Assembly: GCA_035512635.1 (NCBI GenBank)
Contig: DATKDR010000098.1
Location: 26,273 to 90,272 of the forward strand
From: Longimicrobiales bacterium
GTDB taxonomy: Bacteria > Gemmatimonadota > Gemmatimonadetes > Longimicrobiales > RSA9
Reading direction: 5' to 3'
Length of the DNA stretch: 64,000 bases
Positions 1 to 8,308 of this stretch are shown piece after piece (within the stretch, counting starts at the first letter, position 1; each line of letters begins with the position of its first letter). The notes below the pieces were generated by a model that made no database searches, was not told the DNA's origin, and saw nothing but the letters and a program-made list of their open reading frames with translations. Position numbers and translations under genes: made by a program.

Positions 1-500
1 TGCACTTCGACGAGCGCGTCGAGCGACATCGCGTCGCATGCGTCCAGCAGCGCGCGCAGCTCCCGATCGTCGAGGATCGCGACGATCAGCAGGACCGCGG
101 ACGCGCCCGCCGCGCGCGCCTCAAGGATGCGGGCCTCGTCGACGATGAAATCCTTGCGCAGCGACGGCAGGCTGGGCGCGGCCGCGGCGCGCAGGTCGTC
201 CAGCGAACCGCCGAAGTCGTCGGCATCGGTGAGCACGGAAGCGGCACGCGCGCCCGCGGCCGCGTAGCCGGCGATCACCTCCGACGGGCTCTCGTCCGTC
301 AGAACGCCGGCGCCGGGGCTGCGCCGCTTGAACTCCGCGATGACGGCGACGCGCTCTCCGGCTGAGAGCGCCGCTCTGAACGAGGCGGGCGTCGCAGTCG
401 CGAGCGCGGCACGCCGCAGCGCCTCGAGGGCGGCCGCATCGGCACGCGTCCGCGACCGAACCGCGGCCGCCTTGAGCGCCAGGAAATCGGCCGCGCTCAT
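1..500 (-). CDS. trpC: indole-3-glycerol phosphate synthase (3' end cut by window edge)
   Basis: My own minus-strand translation from the ATG at 498-500 gives MSAADFLALK..IAEFKRRSPGAG..SVLTDADDFGGS..LRKDFIVDEARILEARAAGASAVLLIVAIL..LVEV, which carries classic IGPS motifs. ATGA overlap with the trpD stop. Absent from the ORF track because it runs off the window. Confidence 0.85.
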   Translation of the reverse strand, partial: MSAADFLALKAAAVRSRTRADAAALEALRRAALATATPASFRAALSAGERVAVIAEFKRRSPGAGVLTDESPSEVIAGYAAAGARAASVLTDADDFGGSLDDLRAAAAPSLPSLRKDFIVDEARILEARAAGASAVLLIVAILDDRELRALLDACDAMSLDALVEV

Positions 501-1603
501 CGGCCCCATCCCGCCGCGCTCGCGGGCACGGGCGGCTCGGCGACGCGCTCGATGTGCGGCGCGCCTCCGCGTCCCTGGCGCAGCGCGTCGGACAGCGCCA
601 CCAGCGCCGCCATGCGCGTCGTGGCGGCTCCCGTCCCCACGCTGACCCACGCGAGATCCAGGGCGGCGGGCAGGTCGGGCGCGAGCCCGCCGACGCGGAT
701 CGCCGCGGCAGCGTTGAGCAGCGCGATGTCGAGGCGGGCACGGGCCGCGGCATCGTCGGCGACGCCGGCCAGCACCGAGCGGAGGAGGGCCGCGTTCTCG
801 GCGGCGTCCCCGCCGCGCAGCGACGCCACGTCGTGCGTCTCCAGGCCGAGCTCGCCGGGCGTCAGCTCGTACTCGACGACGCGCTCGCCGTCCCACTCCG
901 CGACGTGCGTCGGGCCGGTGACCGTGATCTCGTCGAGGCCGTCGGCGCCGTGCACGACCATCGCCCGCCGCGCGCCGAGCTGGCCGAGCGCTTCCGCGAC
1001 CGGCGCCACAAGCGCTGCGTCGAATACGCCCACCACCTGCGCCTCGGCGCCCGCGGGATTGCAGAGCGGGCCCAGCAGGTTGAAGACGGTGCGCACGCCG
1101 AGCTCGCGCCGCACGGGCGCTGCGTGTCGCATCGCCGCGTGATAGGTCGGCGCGAACAGAAACGCGACGCCGGCGGTGTCGAGCGCGCGCACGCAGTCGT
1201 CGGCGCCCATGCCGACCTCGACGCCGAGCGCCTCCAGCACGTCCGCCGAGCCGGTGCGGCTCGACACCGCCCGGTTACCGTGCTTCGCCACGCGCGCGCC
1301 CGCGCCCGCCGCGATGAACGCCGCCGCGGTCGACACGTTGAACGTGTGCGCGCCATCGCCGCCCGTGCCGCACGTGTCGATGAGACCCGCACCCGAGCGC
1401 GGGAAGGGCAGTGCGCGGGCGCGGATCGCGCGCGCGAAGCCGACGATCTCCGGCACCGTCTCCCCTTTCGCGCGCAGCGCCATCAGCAGCCCCGCCATCA
1501 CCGCCGGCGACACCTCGCCCGCCATCACGCGGCCCATCGCCTCGGCCGCCTCGCTCTCGCTCAGGTCGCGTCCGCGCGCGAGTGCCTCCAGAACCTCGCG
1601 CAT
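497..1603 (-). CDS. trpD: anthranilate phosphoribosyltransferase
   Basis: 368 aa ORF. Motifs GTGGDGAHTFNVSTAAAF and KHGNRAVSSRTGSADVLEALG. Sits between trpG and trpC with overlapping stop/start codons. Confidence 0.93.
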   Translation of the reverse strand: MREVLEALARGRDLSESEAAEAMGRVMAGEVSPAVMAGLLMALRAKGETVPEIVGFARAIRARALPFPRSGAGLIDTCGTGGDGAHTFNVSTAAAFIAAGAGARVAKHGNRAVSSRTGSADVLEALGVEVGMGADDCVRALDTAGVAFLFAPTYHAAMRHAAPVRRELGVRTVFNLLGPLCNPAGAEAQVVGVFDAALVAPVAEALGQLGARRAMVVHGADGLDEITVTGPTHVAEWDGERVVEYELTPGELGLETHDVASLRGGDAAENAALLRSVLAGVADDAAARARLDIALLNAAAAIRVGGLAPDLPAALDLAWVSVGTGAATTRMAALVALSDALRQGRGGAPHIERVAEPPVPASAAGWGR

Positions 1604-2289
1604 CAGACCGCCTCCACGTCGAGCGGGAGCCGGCGCGGCGGCTCATCGGGTCCGATCCGGCGCGGGGCGTCGTCGTCGCCCTGCCGCGCGCTCGCGTGCA
1701 CACGAGTCCACTCCAGAAAATTCGCGAGCATCGTTTCGCCCTCCGGTGTGAGAATCGATTCGGGATGGAACTGCACGCCCTCGATGGGCAGGCTCTCGTG
1801 CCGCACGCCCATGACGACGCCATCGTCGGCGCGCGCCGTCACGCGCAGCTCCGGCGGCAGCGTCGCCTCGACCACGGCGAGGGAGTGGTACCGGCCGGTG
1901 CTGGTCGGGGAATCGAGCCGCGCGAAGACGCCGGCGCCGTCGTGGCGGATCGGCGTGGCCTTGCCGTGCACGCACGCCGACGCCCGCTCGACCCGCGCGC
2001 CGAACACGCGCGCGATGACCTGGTGCCCCAGGCATACCCCCAGCAGCGGCGGCGCGGAGCCGCGCTCCCGACCGCGCTCGACCAGAGCCCGCACGATCGC
2101 CGGCGAGTTGCCCGCGCGATCGGGATGCGAGGGCCCGGGCGAGACGACGACGCCCGCCGGCGCGAGCGCGAGCACCGCCCCCGCATCGATCGCGTCGTTG
2201 CGGCGCACCTCGACCTCCGCGCCCAGCGCGCCCAGCATCTGCACCAGGTTGAACGTGAAGGAGTCGTAGTTGTCGATGACGAGGATCAT
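1603..2289 (-). CDS. trpG: anthranilate synthase component II (glutamine amidotransferase)
   Basis: Internal ATG at 2289 gives MILVIDNYDSFTFNLVQ.., with GVCLGHQ and a HPES triad. ATGA overlap with the trpE stop. The longer track ORF (to 2577) runs through the trpE coding region. Confidence 0.92.
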   Translation of the reverse strand: MILVIDNYDSFTFNLVQMLGALGAEVEVRRNDAIDAGAVLALAPAGVVVSPGPSHPDRAGNSPAIVRALVERGRERGSAPPLLGVCLGHQVIARVFGARVERASACVHGKATPIRHDGAGVFARLDSPTSTGRYHSLAVVEATLPPELRVTARADDGVVMGVRHESLPIEGVQFHPESILTPEGETMLANFLEWTRVHASARQGDDDAPRRIGPDEPPRRLPLDVEAV

Positions 2290-3866
2290 GCGACGGCCTC
2301 CAGCGCGCGCCGCATCGCGCTCAGCTTCTCCTCGGTCTCGGCCAGCTCCCGCTCCGGCACCGAATCCGCCACGATCCCCGCGCCCGCGCGCACCCACGCG
2401 CGGCCGCGACGCAGGATCGCCGTGCGAATCGTGATGCACGCATCCAGCTCGCGCGCGCCCGGCGCCACGTGCGCGATCGCGCCCGCGTACGCGCCGCGCC
2501 CCGTCGTCTCCAGCTCGTCGATCAGCTCCATCGCGCGCACCTTGGGCGCGCCGCTCAGCGTACCCGCGGGAAAGCACGCGGCCAGCGCGTCCAGCGCATC
2601 GACATCGTCCCGCAGGCGGCCGGTCACGACCGAGACCAGGTGCATCACGTGGCTGAAGCGCTCGACCTGCATGAGCCGCGGCACGTGGATGGAGCCGATG
2701 CGGCAGACGCGGCCGAGATCGTTCCGTCCCAGGTCGACCAGCATCACGTGCTCCGCGCGCTCCTTCGGATCCGCCGCGAGCTCGGCCTCGAGCGCCGCGT
2801 CCTCGTCCGCGTCGCCGCCGCGCCGCCGCGTCCCCGCGATCGGCGAGAGCTGCGCCGCCCCGTCCTCGATGCGCAGCAGCATCTCGGGCGACGAACCCAC
2901 CAGTGCCACCTCGGGGAACTCGAGAAAGAACATGTACGGCGCCGGCGAGACCGTGCGCAGCGAGCGGTACAGCTCGAAGGGATCGCGCTCGAACGGGAGC
3001 GACAGCCTTCGGCTCAGCACGATCTGGATCGCCTCGCCGTCATGGATCGCTTCCACCGCGCGCCGCACGGAATGGAGAAATGTGGCGTCATCGGGATCGC
3101 ATTCGGACGAGGTCGCGATAGCGTCGGCGCGAGCGAGCGGCGCGCCCCCCTCGCCTGCCGGCACCCCCGCGCCTGCCCCCGCGCCCGCGCCTGCCCCGCC
3201 CCGCCGATCTCCAGTCGCCCCGAACGGCGCCGCCCCGCGCCGCAGCGCATCGAACACCCCCTCGATCCGAGCCTCCGCCCGCCGCAGGTCGTCGCGCCGG
3301 CCGGCCGCATCGGCCACCGGCGGCAGCAGCGAGATCGCGAGCAGGGTCGAGCGCCGGTGATCGAAGGCGAGCACGGTGTGGAAGCGCGCGAAGAGCGCGA
3401 CCGGGAACGCGGACTCGTCGTGCGCCGCGCTCGGCAGCCGCTCCAGCGTGCGCACGAGGTCGTAGCCGAAGGCGCCGACCAGCCCGCCGACGAAGCCGGG
3501 CAGCTCCGCGTACACGCCCGCTGCCTCGGAACCCGGCGACCCGCGCCACACGCCCGCCGCTCCCGCCAGCCGACGCACGGCGCCTACCGGATCGCCACGA
3601 TACGCGACCGTGCCGGCCTCGCCCGAGACCGTGCCCCGATCCGCGTCCGCCCGCAGCACCGCGTCCGGCCCCACGCCGATGAAGGAGTAGCGGCCCAGCC
3701 GCCCGTCCTGCTCCGCGCTCTCGAGCAGAAAGGCCATGCCGCCCCGCCGCAGCTTGAGGAACGCCGAGACCGGCGTCTCCGTGTCCGAGCGGACCGACTG
3801 CCACACGGGCACGACCGCGTCGAGCGGCGCCGCCAGCGCCGCGTCCCGGACCCTCTCGTCGATCAT
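2286..3866 (-). CDS. trpE: anthranilate synthase component I
   Basis: Chorismate-binding motifs LLESAE, GRYSFIG, SPEMLL and GAYAGA. Start set at the ATG at 3866 (MIDERV), 6 nt after GAGAGGA. ATG 3872 and GTG 3869 are alternatives. Contains a Gly-Ala repeat insert. Confidence 0.9.
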   Translation of the reverse strand: MIDERVRDAALAAPLDAVVPVWQSVRSDTETPVSAFLKLRRGGMAFLLESAEQDGRLGRYSFIGVGPDAVLRADADRGTVSGEAGTVAYRGDPVGAVRRLAGAAGVWRGSPGSEAAGVYAELPGFVGGLVGAFGYDLVRTLERLPSAAHDESAFPVALFARFHTVLAFDHRRSTLLAISLLPPVADAAGRRDDLRRAEARIEGVFDALRRGAAPFGATGDRRGGAGAGAGAGAGVPAGEGGAPLARADAIATSSECDPDDATFLHSVRRAVEAIHDGEAIQIVLSRRLSLPFERDPFELYRSLRTVSPAPYMFFLEFPEVALVGSSPEMLLRIEDGAAQLSPIAGTRRRGGDADEDAALEAELAADPKERAEHVMLVDLGRNDLGRVCRIGSIHVPRLMQVERFSHVMHLVSVVTGRLRDDVDALDALAACFPAGTLSGAPKVRAMELIDELETTGRGAYAGAIAHVAPGARELDACITIRTAILRRGRAWVRAGAGIVADSVPERELAETEEKLSAMRRALEAVA

Positions 3867-3909
3867 CACCATCCTCTCGAAGCGCCCCCGGACCGGATCC
3901 GACGGGCGC

Positions 3910-3956
3910 AAAAAAGGCGGGCGCGCTCCCCTCACATGGAGAGAAGCGCGCCCGCC
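3910..3956 (-). terminator. intrinsic terminator / trp attenuator hairpin
   Basis: On the minus strand, GGCGGGCGCGCT (complement of 3945-3956) pairs perfectly with AGCGCGCCCGCC (complement of 3916-3927). 12-bp stem, 17-nt loop, followed by TTTTTT (3910-3915). It lies between the leader ORF and the trpE start. Confidence 0.8.
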
Positions 3957-4007
3957 GAAACCGCCGGCGCCTGGATGTCTAGGCTAGATGGGCCGGCCGC
4001 GTGCGCA

Positions 4008-4091
4008 CTACTCCCGCGTCAGCCACCACCAGCGGCCGCTGATGGGCGCCCGAGGCGCCCGGATGTCGACGGGAAGAGTGCGCTTGCTCAT
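4008..4091 (-). CDS. trpL: trp operon leader peptide (27 aa, three tandem Trp codons)
   Basis: Hand translation gives ATG AGC AAG .. GGC CGC TGG TGG TGG CTG ACG CGG GAG TAG = MSKRTLPVDIRAPRAPISGRWWWLTRE. It is ~50 nt upstream of the terminator hairpin. No strong SD is visible. Confidence 0.7.
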   Translation of the reverse strand: MSKRTLPVDIRAPRAPISGRWWWLTRE

Positions 4092-4148
4092 TGTGACCGG
4101 AGCTTAGTGGGCGCTCTGGCTTGCCGTCAAGGCTTTGGCCTCGGGCCT

Positions 4149-4228
4149 TGCGCGCTCGAAACGCCTGCCCGCGCGTTTCGTACCGATCCCGCCGCTCCCC
4201 GTGCTTCGGCCGAGCCTATCGGAGCCAC
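4149..4228 (+). repeat. dispersed ~80-nt repeat, copy A (MITE/REP-like arm)
   Basis: TGCGCGCTCGAA..GCGCGTTTCGTACCGATCCCG..CTTCGGCCGAGCCTATCGGAGCCAC aligns block by block with 56536-56615 (+) and 56661-56739 (-). Confidence 0.75.
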
Positions 4229-4407
4229 ACAGGTCGCCCCGGGAAGAAATCCGTGAACGACACGTGCACGTGCTCGTGCTCCTGGAACCTGCACGGCCGT
4301 TGGCTCCGCCCGCTGAGGAATGCCCTGGCAAGCTCGGGACTGGCTCGGGGACGGCATCTCCCCCCAGTTTCCCCGGTCCCGACACGATCCCAGCAACCGC
4401 ATCTGCC

Positions 4408-6117
4408 ATGAAATTCCGGACAGCCGCCACCACCGTCAGCGCGCTCCTCCTCGTGATCGGCTGCGCCCAGAGAGACGCCACCACCGGCCTCGATGCCCCT
4501 GCCCTCGCCGCCGGCTTGACCGCCGAGGACCTGGAGGCGCGGCTCGCGCAGTTCGTCCCGTCGCAGATCGACTTCGACGACTCGACCCTCCAGCCCTGGG
4601 AGCGCGAGGTGCTGGCGAAGCTGATCGAGGCGTCGGACATCATGCACGAGCTCTTCCTGCTCCAGGTGTCGCCGCGGAACCCGGTCTGGCGCGCCGCGCT
4701 GGCGGGAGCGGCGGACACGCGCGAGGGGCGCGCGGCGCGCGACTACGCCGAGGTGATGGCGGGTCCGTGGGACCGGCTGGAGGAGAACGAGCCGTTCCTG
4801 GACGTGGGTCCGAAGCCGCCGGGCGCCGGCTACTACCCGCCGGACCTCACGTCGGAGGAGATCGACGAGTGGCTGGCGTCGCATCCGGAGGATCGCGAGG
4901 CGTTCAGCGGCTACTTCAGCGTGATCGAGCGCGACAAGGGTATGCTGGTCGCGATTCCGTACAACGTGGAGTACCGCGATCGCCTCGAGGTCGCGGCAGC
5001 GGTGCTGAACGAGGCGGCGGACATCGCGCAGAACGCGTCGCTCGCCGAGTACCTGCGCGCGCGCGCGGCCTCGTTCCTGTCGAACGACTACTTCCCGAGC
5101 GACATGGCGTGGATGGACATCGAGGGCACGCGCATCGAGCCGACCATCGGGCCGTACGAAGTCTACGAGGACCAGCTCATGGGCTGGAAGGCGGCCTTCG
5201 AGAGCTTCGTGACCGTGGCCGATCCCGCGGCGAGCGCCGAGCTGGACGAGCTGAAGGACTCGATGCGGCACCTCGAGGAGAACCTGCCGATCGAGGACCG
5301 CTACAAGAACCTGGAGCGCGGCTTCGAGTCGCCGATCCGCGTGGTCGACGTCGTCTACACGGCGGGCGACACGCGCGCGGGCGTGCAGACGATCGCGTTC
5401 AACCTGCCCAACGACGAGCGCGTGCGCGCGGCCAAGGGCTCGAAGAAGGTGATGCTGCGCAACGTCGCGCGCGCGAAGTTCGATGCCATCCTGATGCCGA
5501 TCGCGCGCCAGGTGCTCATGCCGGAGGTCGCGGACGACCTCACGTTCGATGCGTGGTTCACCAACGTGCTCATGCACGAGCTGGCGCACGGTCTCGGGCC
5601 CGGCTTCATCGTCGGCGCGGGCGGCGATACGACGACGGTCAACCAGGCGCTGCGCGACCACTACTCGGCGATGGAGGAGGCGAAGGCGGACGTCACCGGC
5701 CTGCACAACATGACCGTGCTGGCCGCCGACGGCATGTACGATGAGGCGTTCGTGCGCCGCGCGTTCATCGGCCACGTCGCCGACATGTTCCGCGCGACGC
5801 GCTTCGGCGCGACCGAGGCGCACGGCCTTGCCAATCTGATCCAGTTCAACTGGATGGTGGAGCGCGGCGCGATCGAGTTCGACGAGGGCAGCGGCAACTT
5901 CAAGGTCAACTACTCGCGCCTGGTCGACGCAAACCGCGAGCTCGCCATGCGCATCCTCACCATCCAGGCGCAGGGCGACCATGCCGCCGCGGGCGCGCTG
6001 CTCCAGCGCTACGGCACCGTCAGCCCGCAGATGCGCGCGGCGATCGAGCAGCTCGAGTCCGTGCCGGTCGACATCCGGCCGATCTACCCGGGCGCCGACA
6101 GGCTTCGGCCGCGCTAG
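4408..6117 (+). CDS. secreted/lipoprotein zinc metallopeptidase, DPP III (M49)-like
   Basis: The ATG at 4408 gives MKFRTAATTVSALLLVIGCAQ (lipobox). Contains MHELAHGLGP (HExxH) and a downstream EEAKAD motif, as in plant/bacterial DPP III-type proteins. Confidence 0.6.
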   Translation: MKFRTAATTVSALLLVIGCAQRDATTGLDAPALAAGLTAEDLEARLAQFVPSQIDFDDSTLQPWEREVLAKLIEASDIMHELFLLQVSPRNPVWRAALAGAADTREGRAARDYAEVMAGPWDRLEENEPFLDVGPKPPGAGYYPPDLTSEEIDEWLASHPEDREAFSGYFSVIERDKGMLVAIPYNVEYRDRLEVAAAVLNEAADIAQNASLAEYLRARAASFLSNDYFPSDMAWMDIEGTRIEPTIGPYEVYEDQLMGWKAAFESFVTVADPAASAELDELKDSMRHLEENLPIEDRYKNLERGFESPIRVVDVVYTAGDTRAGVQTIAFNLPNDERVRAAKGSKKVMLRNVARAKFDAILMPIARQVLMPEVADDLTFDAWFTNVLMHELAHGLGPGFIVGAGGDTTTVNQALRDHYSAMEEAKADVTGLHNMTVLAADGMYDEAFVRRAFIGHVADMFRATRFGATEAHGLANLIQFNWMVERGAIEFDEGSGNFKVNYSRLVDANRELAMRILTIQAQGDHAAAGALLQRYGTVSPQMRAAIEQLESVPVDIRPIYPGADRLRPR

Positions 6118-6179
6118 GTACTCGGCACGTGAACCTGAGCGTTCAGGTCCCGTTTCGACACCGGAGCCGGAGCAGCGCT

Positions 6180-6228
6180 GAGCCCAGAGCCTAGAGCCCA
6201 GAGCCTAGAGCCTAGAGCCTAGAGCCCC
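6180..6228. repeat. heptamer tandem array H1 (GAGCCYA x7)
   Basis: Read unit by unit: gagccca gagccta gagccca gagccta gagccta gagccta gagcccc. It ends just upstream of an AAGAGGA Shine-Dalgarno-like motif preceding the ATG at 6240. Confidence 0.9.
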
Positions 6229-6239
6229 AAAAGAGGACC

Positions 6240-6824
6240 ATGGACTACCCACTGACACTGACGTTCAAGATCATCGCGATCTCGCCGCAGATGGCGGTGA
6301 CCGACGCGGCCGACAAGCTCGTCTTCTACGTGCGGCAGAAGGCGTTCAAGCTGCGCGAGCAGGTGACCGTGTTCGGCGACCGGGAGCAGACGCGGCCCGT
6401 CGCCTACATCAAGGCGGATCGCATCCTGGACATCTCGGCGACGTACGGCTTCGAGGACCCGCAGGGCCGCCGCTTCGGCGCCGTTAAGCGCGCGGGCATG
6501 AAGTCGATCTGGCGCGCTTACTACGAGGTGCTGCGCGGCGACGAGACGCTGTTCACGATCCGCGAGGACAACGCGCTGGTGAAGTTCCTGGACGGGGTGC
6601 TGTACCAGATCCCGATCCTGGGCGCGCTGTCCGGCTACGTGTTCCACCCCTCGTACACGGTCGCGCGCCCCGACGGCACGCACGTGCTCGCCATCCGCAA
6701 GCAGCCGGCGATGTGGGAGGGGCGCTTCACCATCGAGAAGGCGTCCGAGCTGACGCCGGACGAGGAGGCACTCGCCAGTCTCAGCATCCTGATGATGGTC
6801 ATGCTGGAGCGAGCGCGCGGGTAG
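6240..6824 (+). CDS. conserved hypothetical, LURP-one-related / tubby C-terminal-like (tentative)
   Basis: 194 aa with good G/C third-position bias. MDYPLTLTFKI..YVRQKAFKLREQVTVF..IKADRILDISATY resembles the bacterial LURP1/DUF567-type pattern. AAGAGGA RBS. Confidence 0.55.
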   Translation: MDYPLTLTFKIIAISPQMAVTDAADKLVFYVRQKAFKLREQVTVFGDREQTRPVAYIKADRILDISATYGFEDPQGRRFGAVKRAGMKSIWRAYYEVLRGDETLFTIREDNALVKFLDGVLYQIPILGALSGYVFHPSYTVARPDGTHVLAIRKQPAMWEGRFTIEKASELTPDEEALASLSILMMVMLERARG

Positions 6825-6826
6825 GG

Positions 6827-6868
6827 CCGGATATCTCGTATCCGGTATCCGGTATCCGGTATACGGTT
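6827..6868. repeat. heptamer tandem array H2 (TCCGGTA core)
   Basis: ccggata tctcgta tccggta tccggta tccggta tacggtt, starting 3 nt after the stop codon at 6822-6824. Confidence 0.85.
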
Positions 6869-6898
6869 AGGGTAACTACGCTGAACTGGACTAGCGGC

Positions 6899-7444
6899 AT
6901 GAGCCGATCCGCGACGCCGGCCCGCTGGTTCGCGTTCCTGCGCGCGATCAACGTCGGCGGACACACGGTGAAGATGGAGCGTCTGGCCGCCCTCTTTCGG
7001 GAGCTCGGGCTGGAAGACGTCGAGACGTTCATCGCGAGCGGCAACGTCGTCTTCCAATCGACGGAGAAGGACCCCGCGAAGCTCGAGCGCCGCCTCGAGG
7101 CGCATCTGGGCGAGGCGCTCGGCTACGACGTCGCCACCTTCCTGCGCACGCGCGCGGAGCTGGCCGCGATCGCGGGCAGGCACCCCTTCGGTGAGGAGCC
7201 CGGCGGCACCGTGTACGTCGGCTTCCTCGAGCGCGCGCCGGACGCGGCCGCCGCCCGGGCGCTCAGCGCGCTCGGCAACGAGGTGGACGAATTCGCGGTC
7301 GTCGGTCGCGAGGTCCACTGGCTGGCCAGGAAAGGCATGGGCAGGTCCACGTTCTCGGGCGCTAGGCTGGAGCGCATGCTCGGCATGGCCACCACGCTTC
7401 GGAATCTGAACACGGTCGCCCGTCTTCTGGCGCGCCATGACTGA
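6899..7444 (+). CDS. DUF1697 family protein
   Basis: From the ATG at 6899: WFAFLRAINVGGHTVKMERLAALFRELGLEDVETFIASGNVVF, the hallmark DUF1697 N-terminus. Confidence 0.75.
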   Translation: MSRSATPARWFAFLRAINVGGHTVKMERLAALFRELGLEDVETFIASGNVVFQSTEKDPAKLERRLEAHLGEALGYDVATFLRTRAELAAIAGRHPFGEEPGGTVYVGFLERAPDAAAARALSALGNEVDEFAVVGREVHWLARKGMGRSTFSGARLERMLGMATTLRNLNTVARLLARHD

Positions 7445-8303
7445 ACGCCGCACCGCTCGTCGACGCGGCCCTGATCCTGCCATACGTCGCCGCATGACCG
7501 AACCTGCCTTCGCTGCCACAACCGAATCGGATGTCGCGCGCTCGTGGGCGGAGCTGGACGAGCTGCTCTTCCTGGACGCGTGGGATCCGGGGCTGCGCCG
7601 GATCCGGGTGGCGCGCGCGTTCCGCGGCATGTCGACGCGCGAGGCGAACCTGCGCTCGCGGCTGCTGCGCCTCGGCGGCGATGCCGGCGCGAAGGAGCGC
7701 CACCTGATCCGCAACTTCCGCAAGTACGCGCGGCGCAACGTCGTGCGCGACGACTCGATCTGGAGCTGGCTCGCGCTCGGCCAGCACCATCACCTGCCCA
7801 CCCGGCTGCTCGACTGGACGTATTCGCCGTATGTGGCGCTGCATTTCGCCACCGCCATCGCGGACGAGATGAACGTCGACGGCGAGGTCTGGACGCTGGA
7901 CCTGCGGCGGATCAAAGCCGAGCTGCCCACGCGCTACCGCGAGCTGCTCGAGTCGGAAGGTTCGTTCGTCTTCACCGGCGAGCTGCTCTCCCAGGCGGCG
8001 AAGGGCCCGGCCGAGCTGCGCGCGGCGTCCGACGAGCCGTTTCTGCTGTTCCTCGAGCCGCCGACGGTGTCGGACCGCATCGAGAACCAGGCGGCGCTCT
8101 TCTCCATGCTGTCGCACGTGGAGGCGCCGTTCGAGGGCTGGCTCGCGCGACGACCCGACGCCTGGCGCCGCGTCATCGTACCCGCCTCGCTCAAGTGGGA
8201 GGTGCGGGACCGGCTGGACCAGATCGGCATGACGGAGCGACTGCTGTTCCCCGGCCTCGACGGCCTGTCCGCCTGGCTGTCGCGCTACTACTCCGAGCGC
8301 TAG
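7437..8303 (+). CDS. FRG domain-containing protein
   Basis: GQHHHLPTRLLDWTYSPYVALHFA and DRIENQAALFS match the FRG domain pattern. An alternative start is the ATG at 7494. Confidence 0.7.
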   Translation: MTERRTARRRGPDPAIRRRMTEPAFAATTESDVARSWAELDELLFLDAWDPGLRRIRVARAFRGMSTREANLRSRLLRLGGDAGAKERHLIRNFRKYARRNVVRDDSIWSWLALGQHHHLPTRLLDWTYSPYVALHFATAIADEMNVDGEVWTLDLRRIKAELPTRYRELLESEGSFVFTGELLSQAAKGPAELRAASDEPFLLFLEPPTVSDRIENQAALFSMLSHVEAPFEGWLARRPDAWRRVIVPASLKWEVRDRLDQIGMTERLLFPGLDGLSAWLSRYYSER

Positions 8304-8308
8304 CCTCC

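Noticed and set aside
6131-6150. Hairpin ACCTGA-GCGT-TCAGGT after the peptidase gene as a terminator
   Set aside because: The stem is only 6 bp and the T tract is poor (CCCGTTTCG). Heptamer array H1, about 30 nt downstream, is the more conspicuous 3' structure.
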